A stretch of 55,987 nucleotides of DNA, from NCBI GenBank assembly GCA_964637135.1, contig CAZWTX010000006.1:62001-117987 (forward strand), in the 5' to 3' direction. This DNA comes from an uncultured Methanospirillum sp. GTDB lineage: Archaea > Halobacteriota > Methanomicrobia > Methanomicrobiales > Methanospirillaceae. Both the position numbers and the translations under genes were made by a program. The notes beneath the pieces were generated by a model. That model saw only the letters and a list, made by a program, of their open reading frames with translations. It made no database searches and was not told the DNA's origin. Below are positions 19,479-28,870 of the stretch, piece by piece (the first letter of the stretch is position 1; each line of letters begins with the position of its first letter).

Positions 19479-20321
19479 TCAGTATTTGTACCAGCGGCCT
19501 TTATCGTCGAACTCTCCGTACGGTTCCGGTTCGACAGCTGACAATGACTGGTAGCAGGACTGCTTGAAGACGATCAGGAACGGGATGAAGAGGGCCGTGT
19601 AGACGCCGATGGCTATCACCGTTACGAGGATCCCGTCAGCCCCGAGAACCTGGTGCCAGTCGGTGAGATTAAAACCGGAGAATGTTTCCTGCTGTTCGGT
19701 AAAGGTCATCTCCATGTACGGGGTGAACTTCTGGCCAAGGACCATTCCCCAGAGAGTTGCTCCGCCAAGGGCAAGGATAAGTGAGATAATCACGCTGATG
19801 ACAAAGAAACCGGCTGACAGAAGTGCTCCGGATCCGAAGAGTTCCATGCTTCGTTTCAGGGAGGAGAAGACACCAAGCCCCTCTCCCACCGCTGCATTAT
19901 CATAGTACATCGCAAAGAGGAGGGCAGGGATTGTCACCCCGATCACGAGGCCGCTCATCATGGACGGATCTGATCCAAATCCGGCAATGGTCAGGGGAAC
20001 AGCCAGAAGGAAGATCATCAGGATTATTACCCCGGCAAGGATGATCCCCGGGAGAAGAACCGGGAAGAAGAACCGTCTTCCCCCCTCTACAAACGTCCCT
20101 GCAGCAAACGACTTCTCTTTCAGGCAGTGGAGAACCCCGGCAATGAAGAACGGGAAAACAACGAGGGAGAGAAAAACGACCTTCCCGGCAATGAACATGG
20201 CATCATTGAGTTCGAGCCAGATGGCAAGGGCAGTGACTCCTCCGGCAAATATCCCGGGAATCCAGGGTATAGGGGACCGAAGCAGGATCCGGAATGTTTC
20301 AGATAACGCCTGGAACAGCAT
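19479..20321 (-). CDS. Conserved multi-pass membrane protein of unknown function
   Basis: About 6 TM segments, SLKRS motif, C-terminal GEFDDKGRWYKY. The likely start is ATG 20321 (MLFQAL), 2 nt after the upstream stop. Confidence 0.75.
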   Translation of the reverse strand: MLFQALSETFRILLRSPIPWIPGIFAGGVTALAIWLELNDAMFIAGKVVFLSLVVFPFFIAGVLHCLKEKSFAAGTFVEGGRRFFFPVLLPGIILAGVIILMIFLLAVPLTIAGFGSDPSMMSGLVIGVTIPALLFAMYYDNAAVGEGLGVFSSLKRSMELFGSGALLSAGFFVISVIISLILALGGATLWGMVLGQKFTPYMEMTFTEQQETFSGFNLTDWHQVLGADGILVTVIAIGVYTALFIPFLIVFKQSCYQSLSAVEPEPYGEFDDKGRWYKY

Positions 20322-20323
20322 GG

Positions 20324-20914
20324 TCACCGGTTCCTCGGCATTGCTACGATCTCCCTGACCTGGAGATCGAAGAACCGGGAGGTATGGGATGGCCTGATGA
20401 CGCAGACGGTATCTGCCCCGCTGGCGGTACCACCGAGGGCAATGACTTCTTCCGTTACGCCGACGGCACCCTGGTCTGCTGCGATCAGGACGCATTCGAC
20501 GGCGACCTTCAGACCGACGGCGATAACCCGGCGGAATGCTTCTGCCACCGCCTCGCTCCGTGATCCTCCTCCGACTTTCTGGGAAGCTGAAAAGGATCGT
20601 TCCAGACCTGAAAGGACATGGGTTCCGGTAACGATCCTGGTTCCCGCTGCCTTCAGTTCTTCGGCAAGCGCCGCATCAAATTCCCATACACCGGGTGATG
20701 AGAATCCTACTGCATGGGTGACGACGACCAGATCGATCCCCTTTCCCCTCAGTTCTTCAGCAGCTATCCGTGCTGTCATCCCGCTGGAACTTGCGACGAC
20801 CAGTGTGCGTATTGAGAGTTCTCCTGCCCGCTCTATTGCGATCGTAATGGCATCGCGGGTGTTATCAGGACCTGGTTTGTCGAAATAACAGACTTTTTTG
20901 GTGCTGAATCCCAT
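20324..20914 (-). CDS. Pyruvate kinase alpha/beta-domain-only protein (MTH1675-like)
   Basis: YFDKPGPDNT, VVASSSG.TA, THVLSGLER, GLKVAVEC...AADQG, GGTASGADT. Confidence 0.85.
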   Translation of the reverse strand: MGFSTKKVCYFDKPGPDNTRDAITIAIERAGELSIRTLVVASSSGMTARIAAEELRGKGIDLVVVTHAVGFSSPGVWEFDAALAEELKAAGTRIVTGTHVLSGLERSFSASQKVGGGSRSEAVAEAFRRVIAVGLKVAVECVLIAADQGAVGVTEEVIALGGTASGADTVCVIRPSHTSRFFDLQVREIVAMPRNR

Positions 20915-20953
20915 AGGTATATGTTTATCCGCTCAGGGATATTGGACCAGCTT

Positions 20954-22123
20954 ATGATCACCCTTGCCTTTGCAGGAAAACCAAACTGCGGAAAATCAAC
21001 CCTTTACCGGGCAGCAACCCTTGCCCCGGCAGAGATTGCCAATTACCCGTTTACCACCATTGATGCCAACCGGGGGGTCGCTTATGTCAGGACGGCATGT
21101 CCGTGTACTATCCTCGAAAAACGATGCGGGTTTTGTACTGACGGGATACGGTACATCCCGGTACACCTGATCGATGTCGCCGGGCTGGTTCCCGAAGCCC
21201 ATGCCGGGAAGGGACTCGGGAACCAGTTCCTCGATCATCTCAGGCAGGCGGATGCCATCATCAATGTCATCGATGCGAGTGGCAGTTCTGATCTCGAGGG
21301 GAATCCGGATGATCCCGGTTCCCATGATCCCCTCCTTGAGATCCCGATGCTGAAAGAAGAGATGGCCATGTGGCTGGTCGGTATTCTTGAGAAACACTGG
21401 TCAAAGATCCAGCGGCAGGCACAGGTCAAAGCGTTCTCGATCCACGGGTCCATCGCCGACATTCTTGCCGGGCTTGCGATCAGTGAGGAAGCAAGTATCG
21501 AGGCAGAACGGATATCAGGAATCACCCTCCGGACCGCGACCGCGGATCAGCTGAAGGGATACGCCCGTGAACTGCTGAAGATCGCAAAACCCTCGTTCGT
21601 GGTTGGAAACCGGGCCGATGTCACCCCCGAGCCCCTGATTACCCTCCTCACGGAGAAGGGTATCCCGCTCATATCCGGTGCAGCGGAGCTGGCCCTGCGG
21701 AGTGCCGCCGAACACCAGTTCATCACGTATCACCCCGGTGACCCATCTTTTACGATCCCTGAAGGCGTGACCCTCAGTCCCGCACAACAGGAGGGACTCC
21801 TGAAGATCAGGTCTTTCATGGATCGGTTCGGGGGAACGGGAGTGCAACAGGTGATCAACCAGGCAGTCTTCGGACTGCTTGACATGATTGTTGTGTACCC
21901 GGTTGAGGATGAGACCCACTTTGCCGATGGCCAGGGCCGTATGCTCCCTGATGCCTTTCTGATGAAGAAGGGTTCGACCCCGAAAGATCTTGCATTTGCC
22001 GTTCACACCGATATCGGCAATGGATTTTTATATGCTGTCGATGCACGGAGCAGAATGCGGATCAAGGAGTCTGCCATCCTCAAAGATGGAGATATCATCA
22101 AGATCGTCAGCACGGCAAAATAA
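20954..22123 (+). CDS. ychF: Archaeal YchF/Obg-like ATPase with TGS domain
   Basis: GKPNCGKST, ANYPFTTI, DVAGLV, GLGNQFLD, C-terminal TGS (AVHTDIG). The likely start is ATG 20954. Confidence 0.92.
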   Translation: MITLAFAGKPNCGKSTLYRAATLAPAEIANYPFTTIDANRGVAYVRTACPCTILEKRCGFCTDGIRYIPVHLIDVAGLVPEAHAGKGLGNQFLDHLRQADAIINVIDASGSSDLEGNPDDPGSHDPLLEIPMLKEEMAMWLVGILEKHWSKIQRQAQVKAFSIHGSIADILAGLAISEEASIEAERISGITLRTATADQLKGYARELLKIAKPSFVVGNRADVTPEPLITLLTEKGIPLISGAAELALRSAAEHQFITYHPGDPSFTIPEGVTLSPAQQEGLLKIRSFMDRFGGTGVQQVINQAVFGLLDMIVVYPVEDETHFADGQGRMLPDAFLMKKGSTPKDLAFAVHTDIGNGFLYAVDARSRMRIKESAILKDGDIIKIVSTAK

Positions 22124-22163
22124 TCATCAGTTTTTTATACTAATCAGGGGATAAATTCTCATA

Positions 22164-22484
22164 ATGGGTGGCGAGATCTACCAGGCACAGGTCCTGAAAA
22201 ATTTCTTCGATACCATCACCGGTACCGACAGGAATCTGACGAGGATCTACATGTGTGTGGTGAGTCTTGCCAAGCTCAGGGGAGAAGGCCCTGAGGTGAT
22301 AGGTCCCCTCGTCGAGCAGCTCAAGCAGAGTAAGGTAAGGAAAGAACTCTCGATTGATATTCTCGATTATATGTGTGCTGCTGCGACCGAACTGCATATC
22401 TCTGCAGTGAAAACGGCTTTCGGCGTTCAGGATATTGGTGAGGTCATGCAGGATTTTGACAGCATCAGTATTGACAGCCTCTGA
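22164..22484 (+). CDS. Hypothetical protein (106 aa, helical)
   Basis: Clean ORF between two plus-strand genes, with a TATA-like TTTTTATA near 22132 and a T-tract after the stop. Confidence 0.75.
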   Translation: MGGEIYQAQVLKNFFDTITGTDRNLTRIYMCVVSLAKLRGEGPEVIGPLVEQLKQSKVRKELSIDILDYMCAAATELHISAVKTAFGVQDIGEVMQDFDSISIDSL

Positions 22485-22529
22485 TTTTTCTCCGGAAGGA
22501 TAAAACCTCCCGTTCCCTAACCATAAAAT

Positions 22530-23708
22530 ATGAAGGTCTGTATCATGTGCGGCGGAGAAGGTACCCGTCTTCGCCCGCTCACGTTCGAACGACCAAAACC
22601 CTGCATACCCATCGTCAATAAACCTTCCATTGAGCACCTGATCTGTCATCTGTCCAATCTCGGATTTCATGACATCATCATCACCGTCGGATACAAGGGA
22701 AATACCATTGAGGAGATGCTCGGTGACGGGGCTATCTTTGGTGCCAATATCACGTATGTATACGAAAAGACCAAGCTCGGAACCGCGGGGAGCGTGAAGA
22801 ATGCACAACAGTTCCTCGGTGACAAACCTTTCCTTGTGGTGGGCGGGGATCACCTGACTGATCTGAATCTCCTCGAATTTTACCGGGAACACCTGCGGAG
22901 CCGGGCGATGATCACGATCGGGCTGATCAGCATTGATGAGCCCTCCGAGTATGGCATCGCCGAGATAGATGTGGATAACCGGATCCGCCGGTTCAGGGAA
23001 AAACCCGGTCCCGGTGAGATATTCTCAAATCTCGCCTCGACTGGGATGTATGTCTGTTCGCCTGAGATCTTCGACTATATCCCTGAAGGAAAGAAATTTG
23101 ATTTTGCAAAAAACCTCTTCCCATTGCTCATGGAACAGAATCTCATCCTGAACGGGTGGCTTGCGAGAGGGAACTGGTCTGATGTCGGCAGTCCGGCATC
23201 GCTCCGGATGGCAGAGAGATGGATCCTTCAGGAAATGAAATATGCGAATATCTCCGGGGATCTCGATGTTAAGAACGCGTCAATCCAGGGTCCGGTGGAC
23301 TTCGGAAGCACGGTGTACCTCGGGAACAACAGCAGGATCGTCGGACCGGTGGCGATCGGAAGCGGGACATCAATCGGGGACAATGTGCTTATCGGGCCAT
23401 ACACCTCGATAGGAAAGAACTGTGTCATCCGCAACAACGTCAGGATCCTTTCTTCCTCCATCTATAACCGGGTGGTTATTGGCCAGGGCTCGTCCGTATC
23501 CGGGTGTATCATCGATAACGAGGCGATGGTTGGTGACTTCTGCAGTATTGAGCATGGCTCGGTCATCGGGCCGAGATGTGTCATCCGCAACAAGGTGACG
23601 ATCCATTCAACCACCCGGATCTGGCCTGACGTGATCATCCAGGACGGGACGACCGTCACCGAACATGTCCTCAACGAGGATTATGACACCCGCTGTGAAG
23701 GATCCTGA
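22530..23708 (+). CDS. Sugar-1-phosphate nucleotidyltransferase (mannose-1-phosphate guanylyltransferase-like) with LbH domain
   Basis: CGGEGTRLRPLT..RPKP, LGTAGSV, FREKP, W.DVG, hexapeptide repeats. Confidence 0.92.
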   Translation: MKVCIMCGGEGTRLRPLTFERPKPCIPIVNKPSIEHLICHLSNLGFHDIIITVGYKGNTIEEMLGDGAIFGANITYVYEKTKLGTAGSVKNAQQFLGDKPFLVVGGDHLTDLNLLEFYREHLRSRAMITIGLISIDEPSEYGIAEIDVDNRIRRFREKPGPGEIFSNLASTGMYVCSPEIFDYIPEGKKFDFAKNLFPLLMEQNLILNGWLARGNWSDVGSPASLRMAERWILQEMKYANISGDLDVKNASIQGPVDFGSTVYLGNNSRIVGPVAIGSGTSIGDNVLIGPYTSIGKNCVIRNNVRILSSSIYNRVVIGQGSSVSGCIIDNEAMVGDFCSIEHGSVIGPRCVIRNKVTIHSTTRIWPDVIIQDGTTVTEHVLNEDYDTRCEGS

Positions 23709-24508
23709 TTGTCAAGCGGTCGGTACCCGGTTCCTCCGAGCCGGTGGGTTCCTGCAACGAGGGGATGGCGGGCATAATCCATCACTTGGATATCTGATAT
23801 CTTCTTCAGGTTCATCGTTCGGGCGGTCCGCTCGAGTCCGAGCTCGAAGTCCTCCTGTATCTCGATGATATATGCCTCAAGAACCTTTATCCCGAGCCGC
23901 TCGGCTGCCACGGCACGGTGATGCCCGTCTACAAGGATCATCCTCCCCGGTTTCTTGATGACTATCACCGGTTCAGCGAGCCCTTTCTGGATCTCGTATA
24001 TTCTCCCCTCTAGTTCGTCCATGTAGATCCGTGACTGGGTTGGAAGGAGGAATGCAACCTGGACCGGTCCCTTGGTTAAAAATGGTTTGATATTGTGGAG
24101 CCGTTCGATGGTATCCATCAGTTTGTAGACTTTTTCCGGTGAGACATGCTCTATCTGGGACCTGACCACATCGGTATTCGAGATAATGCCGATTAACTCA
24201 TTTTTCTCGTTGACAACCGGGAGTTTCTGGATTCCTGATCTGATGATCACCCGTGCGACATCCCCGATCGCCATGTCTGGCTCTGCCACGATGAGGTGAT
24301 TGCTCATGATCTCGGTGACCGGTGTTTCGGGGTGGACAAAGAGGAGATCCCGGGCGGCGATATACCCGACCACAACGCGTCCCTCCATCACCGGGAACCC
24401 GTCGTGCGAAGTAAGCCGGATAACATTAATAACATCCCGCGCGGTCTGGTTCACCGTGATGGTGTCCACATCCGTGGTCATGTAATCCCGGACTTTCTTC
24501 TTATCCAT
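23681..24508 (-). CDS. CBS-pair plus ParB/Sulfiredoxin-domain protein
   Basis: Two CBS domains (HDGFPV, IQKLPVV), then LLPTQ...EPVIV...LVDGHHRAVAA. The likely start is ATG 24508. Confidence 0.87.
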   Translation of the reverse strand: MDKKKVRDYMTTDVDTITVNQTARDVINVIRLTSHDGFPVMEGRVVVGYIAARDLLFVHPETPVTEIMSNHLIVAEPDMAIGDVARVIIRSGIQKLPVVNEKNELIGIISNTDVVRSQIEHVSPEKVYKLMDTIERLHNIKPFLTKGPVQVAFLLPTQSRIYMDELEGRIYEIQKGLAEPVIVIKKPGRMILVDGHHRAVAAERLGIKVLEAYIIEIQEDFELGLERTARTMNLKKISDIQVMDYARHPLVAGTHRLGGTGYRPLDNQDPSQRVS

Positions 24509-24641
24509 GGTGACCAATTTCTCTCCTCTGAAAGGTTCAAACCATCGGTCTTCCTGAACCGTCAAACGCGCAGTTATCGCTTCCCATGGGATGCCGGGGG
24601 ATATTTACGTTTTATCTGATGGGAAGGCTGACTCTATAGGA

Positions 24642-25346
24642 ATGAAGGGATTCCGGCATAAGACTGAAAAGAAAAAAGAAGAGATTCAGTGGAACAAAAT
24701 ACTCATTGTCGTAGCCTGTGTTGCTTTCGCTGTTTTCATGATCTTCTCCATGTTCGGGATGTCATGGCTGAACATCTTCAGCCAGGCAAAACCAGGAAAT
24801 ACGGCGGTTCTCGATTATACCTTTTATGACGCCGAGAACCGTCCGGTCGTCACCACCGACCAGGTATACTTCCAGAATGCCCACGAGCAGAATACGGTTA
24901 CCCTCCTTGCCAGCCAGATGCCGGTGCGGGTAAATATCACCACCGACGAGGATCTGGTTCCGATCCAGGTGGTCAATCCCTACAACCAGTATGGTCTGAT
25001 AGACTTTGGGCTCTTTGGTCCTGAAATCGATGCCATGAGCATGGGAGCGGTCGGGATGAAGATAGGCGAGTCAAAAACAATGACGCTTCCCTGGGCAGGT
25101 CAGATGACACGGACCATGACTGACGAGCAGTTTGCGAAGATTGCGGGAGAGGTCTATGCCGATGCCAAGGTCGGAGACCAGGTACCGATTGCATTCAGTG
25201 AAACACCACAGATAGTTGTGGATGATAATGCCACCCCGTCCACGTACCTCAGGACATCGACCGTGGTTGACCGGAGCAATGGCAATATCTCGCTCAATTA
25301 CGGGTATCCAAGTCTCCAGATAACCCTCTCGCAACTGAATTCCTGA
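24642..25346 (+). CDS. Membrane-anchored FKBP/SlyD-like protein
   Basis: Basic N-terminus and one TM helix, then AVLDYTF and GMKIGESKTMTLP, which resemble the FKBP core. Confidence 0.6.
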   Translation: MKGFRHKTEKKKEEIQWNKILIVVACVAFAVFMIFSMFGMSWLNIFSQAKPGNTAVLDYTFYDAENRPVVTTDQVYFQNAHEQNTVTLLASQMPVRVNITTDEDLVPIQVVNPYNQYGLIDFGLFGPEIDAMSMGAVGMKIGESKTMTLPWAGQMTRTMTDEQFAKIAGEVYADAKVGDQVPIAFSETPQIVVDDNATPSTYLRTSTVVDRSNGNISLNYGYPSLQITLSQLNS

Positions 25347-25351
25347 TACGA

Positions 25352-25933
25352 TTACGCTCGGTAGGCGTAAATTCTCTTTATTTTATTTGCAAACTCGTAT
25401 TTTCCGTCCTTTTTCTGGGTCATTCCGTTCCGCAGCCTGATATGATGGATACGAAGCCTGATCCCCTGGACGATGTAGACATCCCTGACGATGAACTTCT
25501 CGTCACCTTCGCATTTCAGGTAGAGGGGGATGGTCTTCTTTCCGTCATGGACCGAGAATCTGACCACCACCTCGTCGATGGCCCGCGTCCAGAGGGTATC
25601 AATCTTCGATGCCACGGCCCGCTCAAGGCGTTTGTCACCGGACTCTATGGACATCACCTCGACACCGGTTCCTTCACCGTCTGTTGATTCGGCGATGAGG
25701 TAATCTCCTACGCTGACCTCTTCTTCTTCCTCAAGCTCGCACCGGCAGACTATTGATGTGGCTTCCTTGCTGACGATTGTCTTGACGTTCAGTACCACCG
25801 GTTCAGGGATCGGCTGCAGGCGGTGAGTCTGCATACAGACCTGGCATTGCACCACCATGTTCAGTCCTCCTCCGAGGATCTCATGTTCAGTCTCCTCACC
25901 GCAGGTAGGACAGAAGACTTCAGTATGCTCCAT
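25352..25933 (-). CDS. HVO_0476-family Zn-finger protein
   Basis: CPTC...HEIL...CQVC...H, KTIVS, I.TLWTRAIDEV, IKRIYA. Confidence 0.85.
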   Translation of the reverse strand: MEHTEVFCPTCGEETEHEILGGGLNMVVQCQVCMQTHRLQPIPEPVVLNVKTIVSKEATSIVCRCELEEEEEVSVGDYLIAESTDGEGTGVEVMSIESGDKRLERAVASKIDTLWTRAIDEVVVRFSVHDGKKTIPLYLKCEGDEKFIVRDVYIVQGIRLRIHHIRLRNGMTQKKDGKYEFANKIKRIYAYRA

Positions 25934-25964
25934 TCATTATCAATGGAAGAGAGTGTGTAAATAC

Positions 25965-26435
25965 ATGGTCCGGGAGACTGAACAGCTACGGGCATACGGC
26001 CATCCGAATGTAACGGCAGATCATGCAACCACGTTTGAGATCACGAAGGAAGACAACCTCACACCGGCCGGTTCGTGCATAATTGCGGTATCTGCTGACA
26101 AGGGAGCAGCCGATCTCAGTCGTGTTCTCCTCGGGATCCTCCGGATTCCCGGTTCCATCCTGAAGACCACGATTTCATGGGACGGGGATCCTGTTATTAT
26201 CCGTGGAGAGGGTTCTCCTGATCTCACCCTCACCCATCACACCGACCTGGTATGGCGGCGCTCATCGTTCACCTGCCCGCGGACGATCGCTCTCTATTCT
26301 GATCAATGCGCTGTTACCCTTCCCCGTGACCTCGTGGAATATCTCAGAGAAGGCGGAGAGATCTGCTGTACCCTGGTTGCAGAAGCAGACGAAAACGCTC
26401 CTCCTATGGGAACTCTCCCGGCTATCCTCTGGTAG
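25965..26435 (+). CDS. DUF371-domain protein
   Basis: AYGHPNVTADHATTFEITKE..LTPAG.CII, LVWRRSSF...RT. The likely start is ATG 25965. Confidence 0.88.
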   Translation: MVRETEQLRAYGHPNVTADHATTFEITKEDNLTPAGSCIIAVSADKGAADLSRVLLGILRIPGSILKTTISWDGDPVIIRGEGSPDLTLTHHTDLVWRRSSFTCPRTIALYSDQCAVTLPRDLVEYLREGGEICCTLVAEADENAPPMGTLPAILW

Positions 26436-26554
26436 GAGAACCAGCAGGACGGCGGATTATTCTCTCCCGGCAGCGGCAATCCTCTAAACCCGTATCAGAT
26501 CTCTTATATTGAGAAGATCATATCTTTAGCATACGATACGTAGAGGATAATCTG

Positions 26555-26734
26555 ATGGATAAAATGGGACTTGGAATGCTCATCGTCGGGATCATCCTGA
26601 TCATCGCCGGAGCATATGGAATCTGGTATTTCCTGCCTGAAGTTATTGAATTTGTCATCGGCGGTATTGGCATCGCCGCACTGCTGGTCGGCATCATGCT
26701 TGCCGGTATCGGGGTTATCCTGGTTAAGGATTAA
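26555..26734 (+). CDS. Small two-helix membrane protein, 59 aa (absent from the ORF track)
   Basis: Translated by hand: MDKMGLGMLIVGIILIIAGAYGIWYFLPEVIEFVIGGIGIAALLVGIMLAGIGVILVKD. It has a GAGGA RBS, an upstream TTATATT and a T-tract after the stop. Confidence 0.8.
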   Translation: MDKMGLGMLIVGIILIIAGAYGIWYFLPEVIEFVIGGIGIAALLVGIMLAGIGVILVKD

Positions 26735-26761
26735 CCCCCGTTTTTTACTGCCTCGTGGCAG

Positions 26762-27403
26762 TCATCTCTTTTCTTGCCGGGAGGTTTTCGGCCGTGTCTT
26801 TCTGATCCGGTAGATCTCAACAGGGATTTCCCTCCGGTCGTCAGCATGGAATGAGAATGTGCGTGGGATAGTGCACCCTGCCGAGATCGTATCAGAGATC
26901 TCGCCCCTCCCAATGATATATGGTCCGAGGAACCGTCTCGTTCCGGCATTGAAGATCCCATACACGATCTCCCCCCGTTCAAGAGCACAGTCAATGAACG
27001 GCCGGTCTGCATGTTCGTTCTGGGCCCCGAAGGGAGGATTCATGATGACCGTTCCGGCTGAAGGAATCCGTCTCCACTCTTCAGACCGCCTCAGGTCTGC
27101 CTGGATGAAGGTGATGGTACACCCTGTTTTCTTAGCATTCTCTTCTGCCACCCTGATGGCATCTGGATCTGTTTCTATTCCGGTTACTTCCACAGCCCCG
27201 AGGAGTGATGCCGCAATGGAGAGGATACCGGTACCTGATCCCAGATCGAGGACGCTGGACCCGGCAATATCTCCGTTCATCATCGCGGTATGGATGAATC
27301 GTGCTGCAAGAGGTGCCGGTGTCCGGTACTGCTCAAGCCTGGCAGAAGGATTTGGAAAACCATTGAGGGATTCAAGCACGATCTCGAGTTGCCTCAGTTT
27401 CAT
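26762..27403 (-). CDS. METTL5-family N6-adenine RNA methyltransferase
   Basis: LEQYRTP, VLDLGSGTGILS, VIMNPPFGAQ..HADR.F. Confidence 0.92.
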   Translation of the reverse strand: MKLRQLEIVLESLNGFPNPSARLEQYRTPAPLAARFIHTAMMNGDIAGSSVLDLGSGTGILSIAASLLGAVEVTGIETDPDAIRVAEENAKKTGCTITFIQADLRRSEEWRRIPSAGTVIMNPPFGAQNEHADRPFIDCALERGEIVYGIFNAGTRRFLGPYIIGRGEISDTISAGCTIPRTFSFHADDRREIPVEIYRIRKTRPKTSRQEKR

Positions 27404-28338
27404 CTGATCTCGTCAACCTCGTAGGATTCCCAGGGCCTGATGCCACAGAGGATCTCAAACTCTTCCGGGCTGAGAACTGGGACCGGAAACCGGACCTGAT
27501 CATCAAAAGCCAGACGCGGACAGGCAGTGTTCACGAATGCATCATATCCGAGATTGAGCATCTGGTCAGGGGTTACCTCACGCATGGTCACAAGGACTGC
27601 CCCGGGATGGGCAGATACGAGGCGTTTTGCGAGTGCTGTCCGGTCCTGCCCGCTCTTTGGCGAGATAATGATCCCGATCGTTCCTGCGCTCCGTGCCCGT
27701 TCGATGAGGGCAAACCGCTGCCTGAGAAACCGGTCCGCGCTGATCTCCCTGGTCTCCCGGGTGATCGGATCAACTGCTATGACCCGGGCACTGGTTGCTA
27801 TCGCGATCCCGATCGGGTGAAACACCCCGGTGCCGAAGAAGACGATCTCTGTTGCATGCGTATTCCTCGCTGCATCGAATGAACACCCGAGAACCTGTCC
27901 CGGGTACGGCGTCCTGGACGATCCCGATGCAATTACCACCGTATGGCCTGCAGAAGAGAGCTGTTCCCTGACGTTTTCGAGGAGGTGGACATGCTGGATC
28001 GTGGTGACAAGTCCGACCCGCTGTTCGCTCAGCAGGGGAAGTGCTGCCAGAACTGATCCCGGATCGGCATCCACCGGCCAGGGTTCATACCAGACACCTG
28101 GTGTCTGGTCTACCGGGGCATGCCCGATATGGACAAGGAGATCTGCCATATCCCGGGTGTGCAGATCAAGATCACACGCCCCGTAACATGGTTCACCGCT
28201 CAGGATTACCTCAAAGCCGACTTTTTTTAGATCTTCGGCGATGGCCCGTGCCTTCCGTTTGAGCCCTTCGGGTGCCTGAAGACCAACCCGTCTGACTCCG
28301 GCAGCAGCCAGCCGGCCGGCCAGGTCAGATATGGTCAA
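27400..28338 (-). CDS. dph2: Diphthamide biosynthesis enzyme Dph2
   Basis: GLQAPEGLK and three Fe-S cysteines in CYGACD, GQVLGC and NTACPR. Confidence 0.95.
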   Translation of the reverse strand: MTISDLAGRLAAAGVRRVGLQAPEGLKRKARAIAEDLKKVGFEVILSGEPCYGACDLDLHTRDMADLLVHIGHAPVDQTPGVWYEPWPVDADPGSVLAALPLLSEQRVGLVTTIQHVHLLENVREQLSSAGHTVVIASGSSRTPYPGQVLGCSFDAARNTHATEIVFFGTGVFHPIGIAIATSARVIAVDPITRETREISADRFLRQRFALIERARSAGTIGIIISPKSGQDRTALAKRLVSAHPGAVLVTMREVTPDQMLNLGYDAFVNTACPRLAFDDQVRFPVPVLSPEEFEILCGIRPWESYEVDEIR

Positions 28339-28870
28339 TGATCTTCACCGCATCAGTGACCTCTATAGAGACGAGGTACTTGTATGGACGGTCAAGGACC
28401 GGATCACCCTTTTTGATGGCAAAGCAGATGTCAGCAATCTCAACACCCATCTCATTGAATGTCTGGATAAAGGCCCGTGCCGTTCCTCCGGTGCTGATGA
28501 CATCATCGACAATAACCACCCGGTCGCCTCTGGACAGCCCGTTGATATACATGCTTCCCTTTGAATACCCGGTCTCCTGGTGGACGAGGCACTCCCCTGG
28601 GAGTCCGTACTGACGCTTGCGGACGATGTTCAGGGGGATGTCGGTCATCATGGAGATGACCGACCCGATCGGGATTCCCATCGCTTCGGCAGCCACGATG
28701 TAATCAATGTTCTTCAGGTCAAGGATCCGTATCATCCCGACGGCAACCTCACGGAGCACCTTCGCATCCAGTGCCGGGACTCCGTCGGTAATTGGATGAA
28801 CGAAATAGTTGTACTCGCCTTTCTTCACAATCGGGCAGGATAACAGGGATTCTATGAGATTATTCAGCAT
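28325..28870 (-). CDS. hpt: Archaeal hypoxanthine/guanine phosphoribosyltransferase
   Basis: YNYFVHPITDGVP, EAMGIP, RKRQYGLPGE, VIVDDVISTGGT. GGTGA RBS before ATG 28870. Confidence 0.93.
   Translation of the reverse strand: MLNNLIESLLSCPIVKKGEYNYFVHPITDGVPALDAKVLREVAVGMIRILDLKNIDYIVAAEAMGIPIGSVISMMTDIPLNIVRKRQYGLPGECLVHQETGYSKGSMYINGLSRGDRVVIVDDVISTGGTARAFIQTFNEMGVEIADICFAIKKGDPVLDRPYKYLVSIEVTDAVKIIDHI

Noticed and set aside
23681..24508. ParB domain as a sign of a plasmid or partition system
   Set aside because: It is fused to CBS domains, lacks an HTH, has no parA or parS-like repeats nearby, and sits among housekeeping genes.
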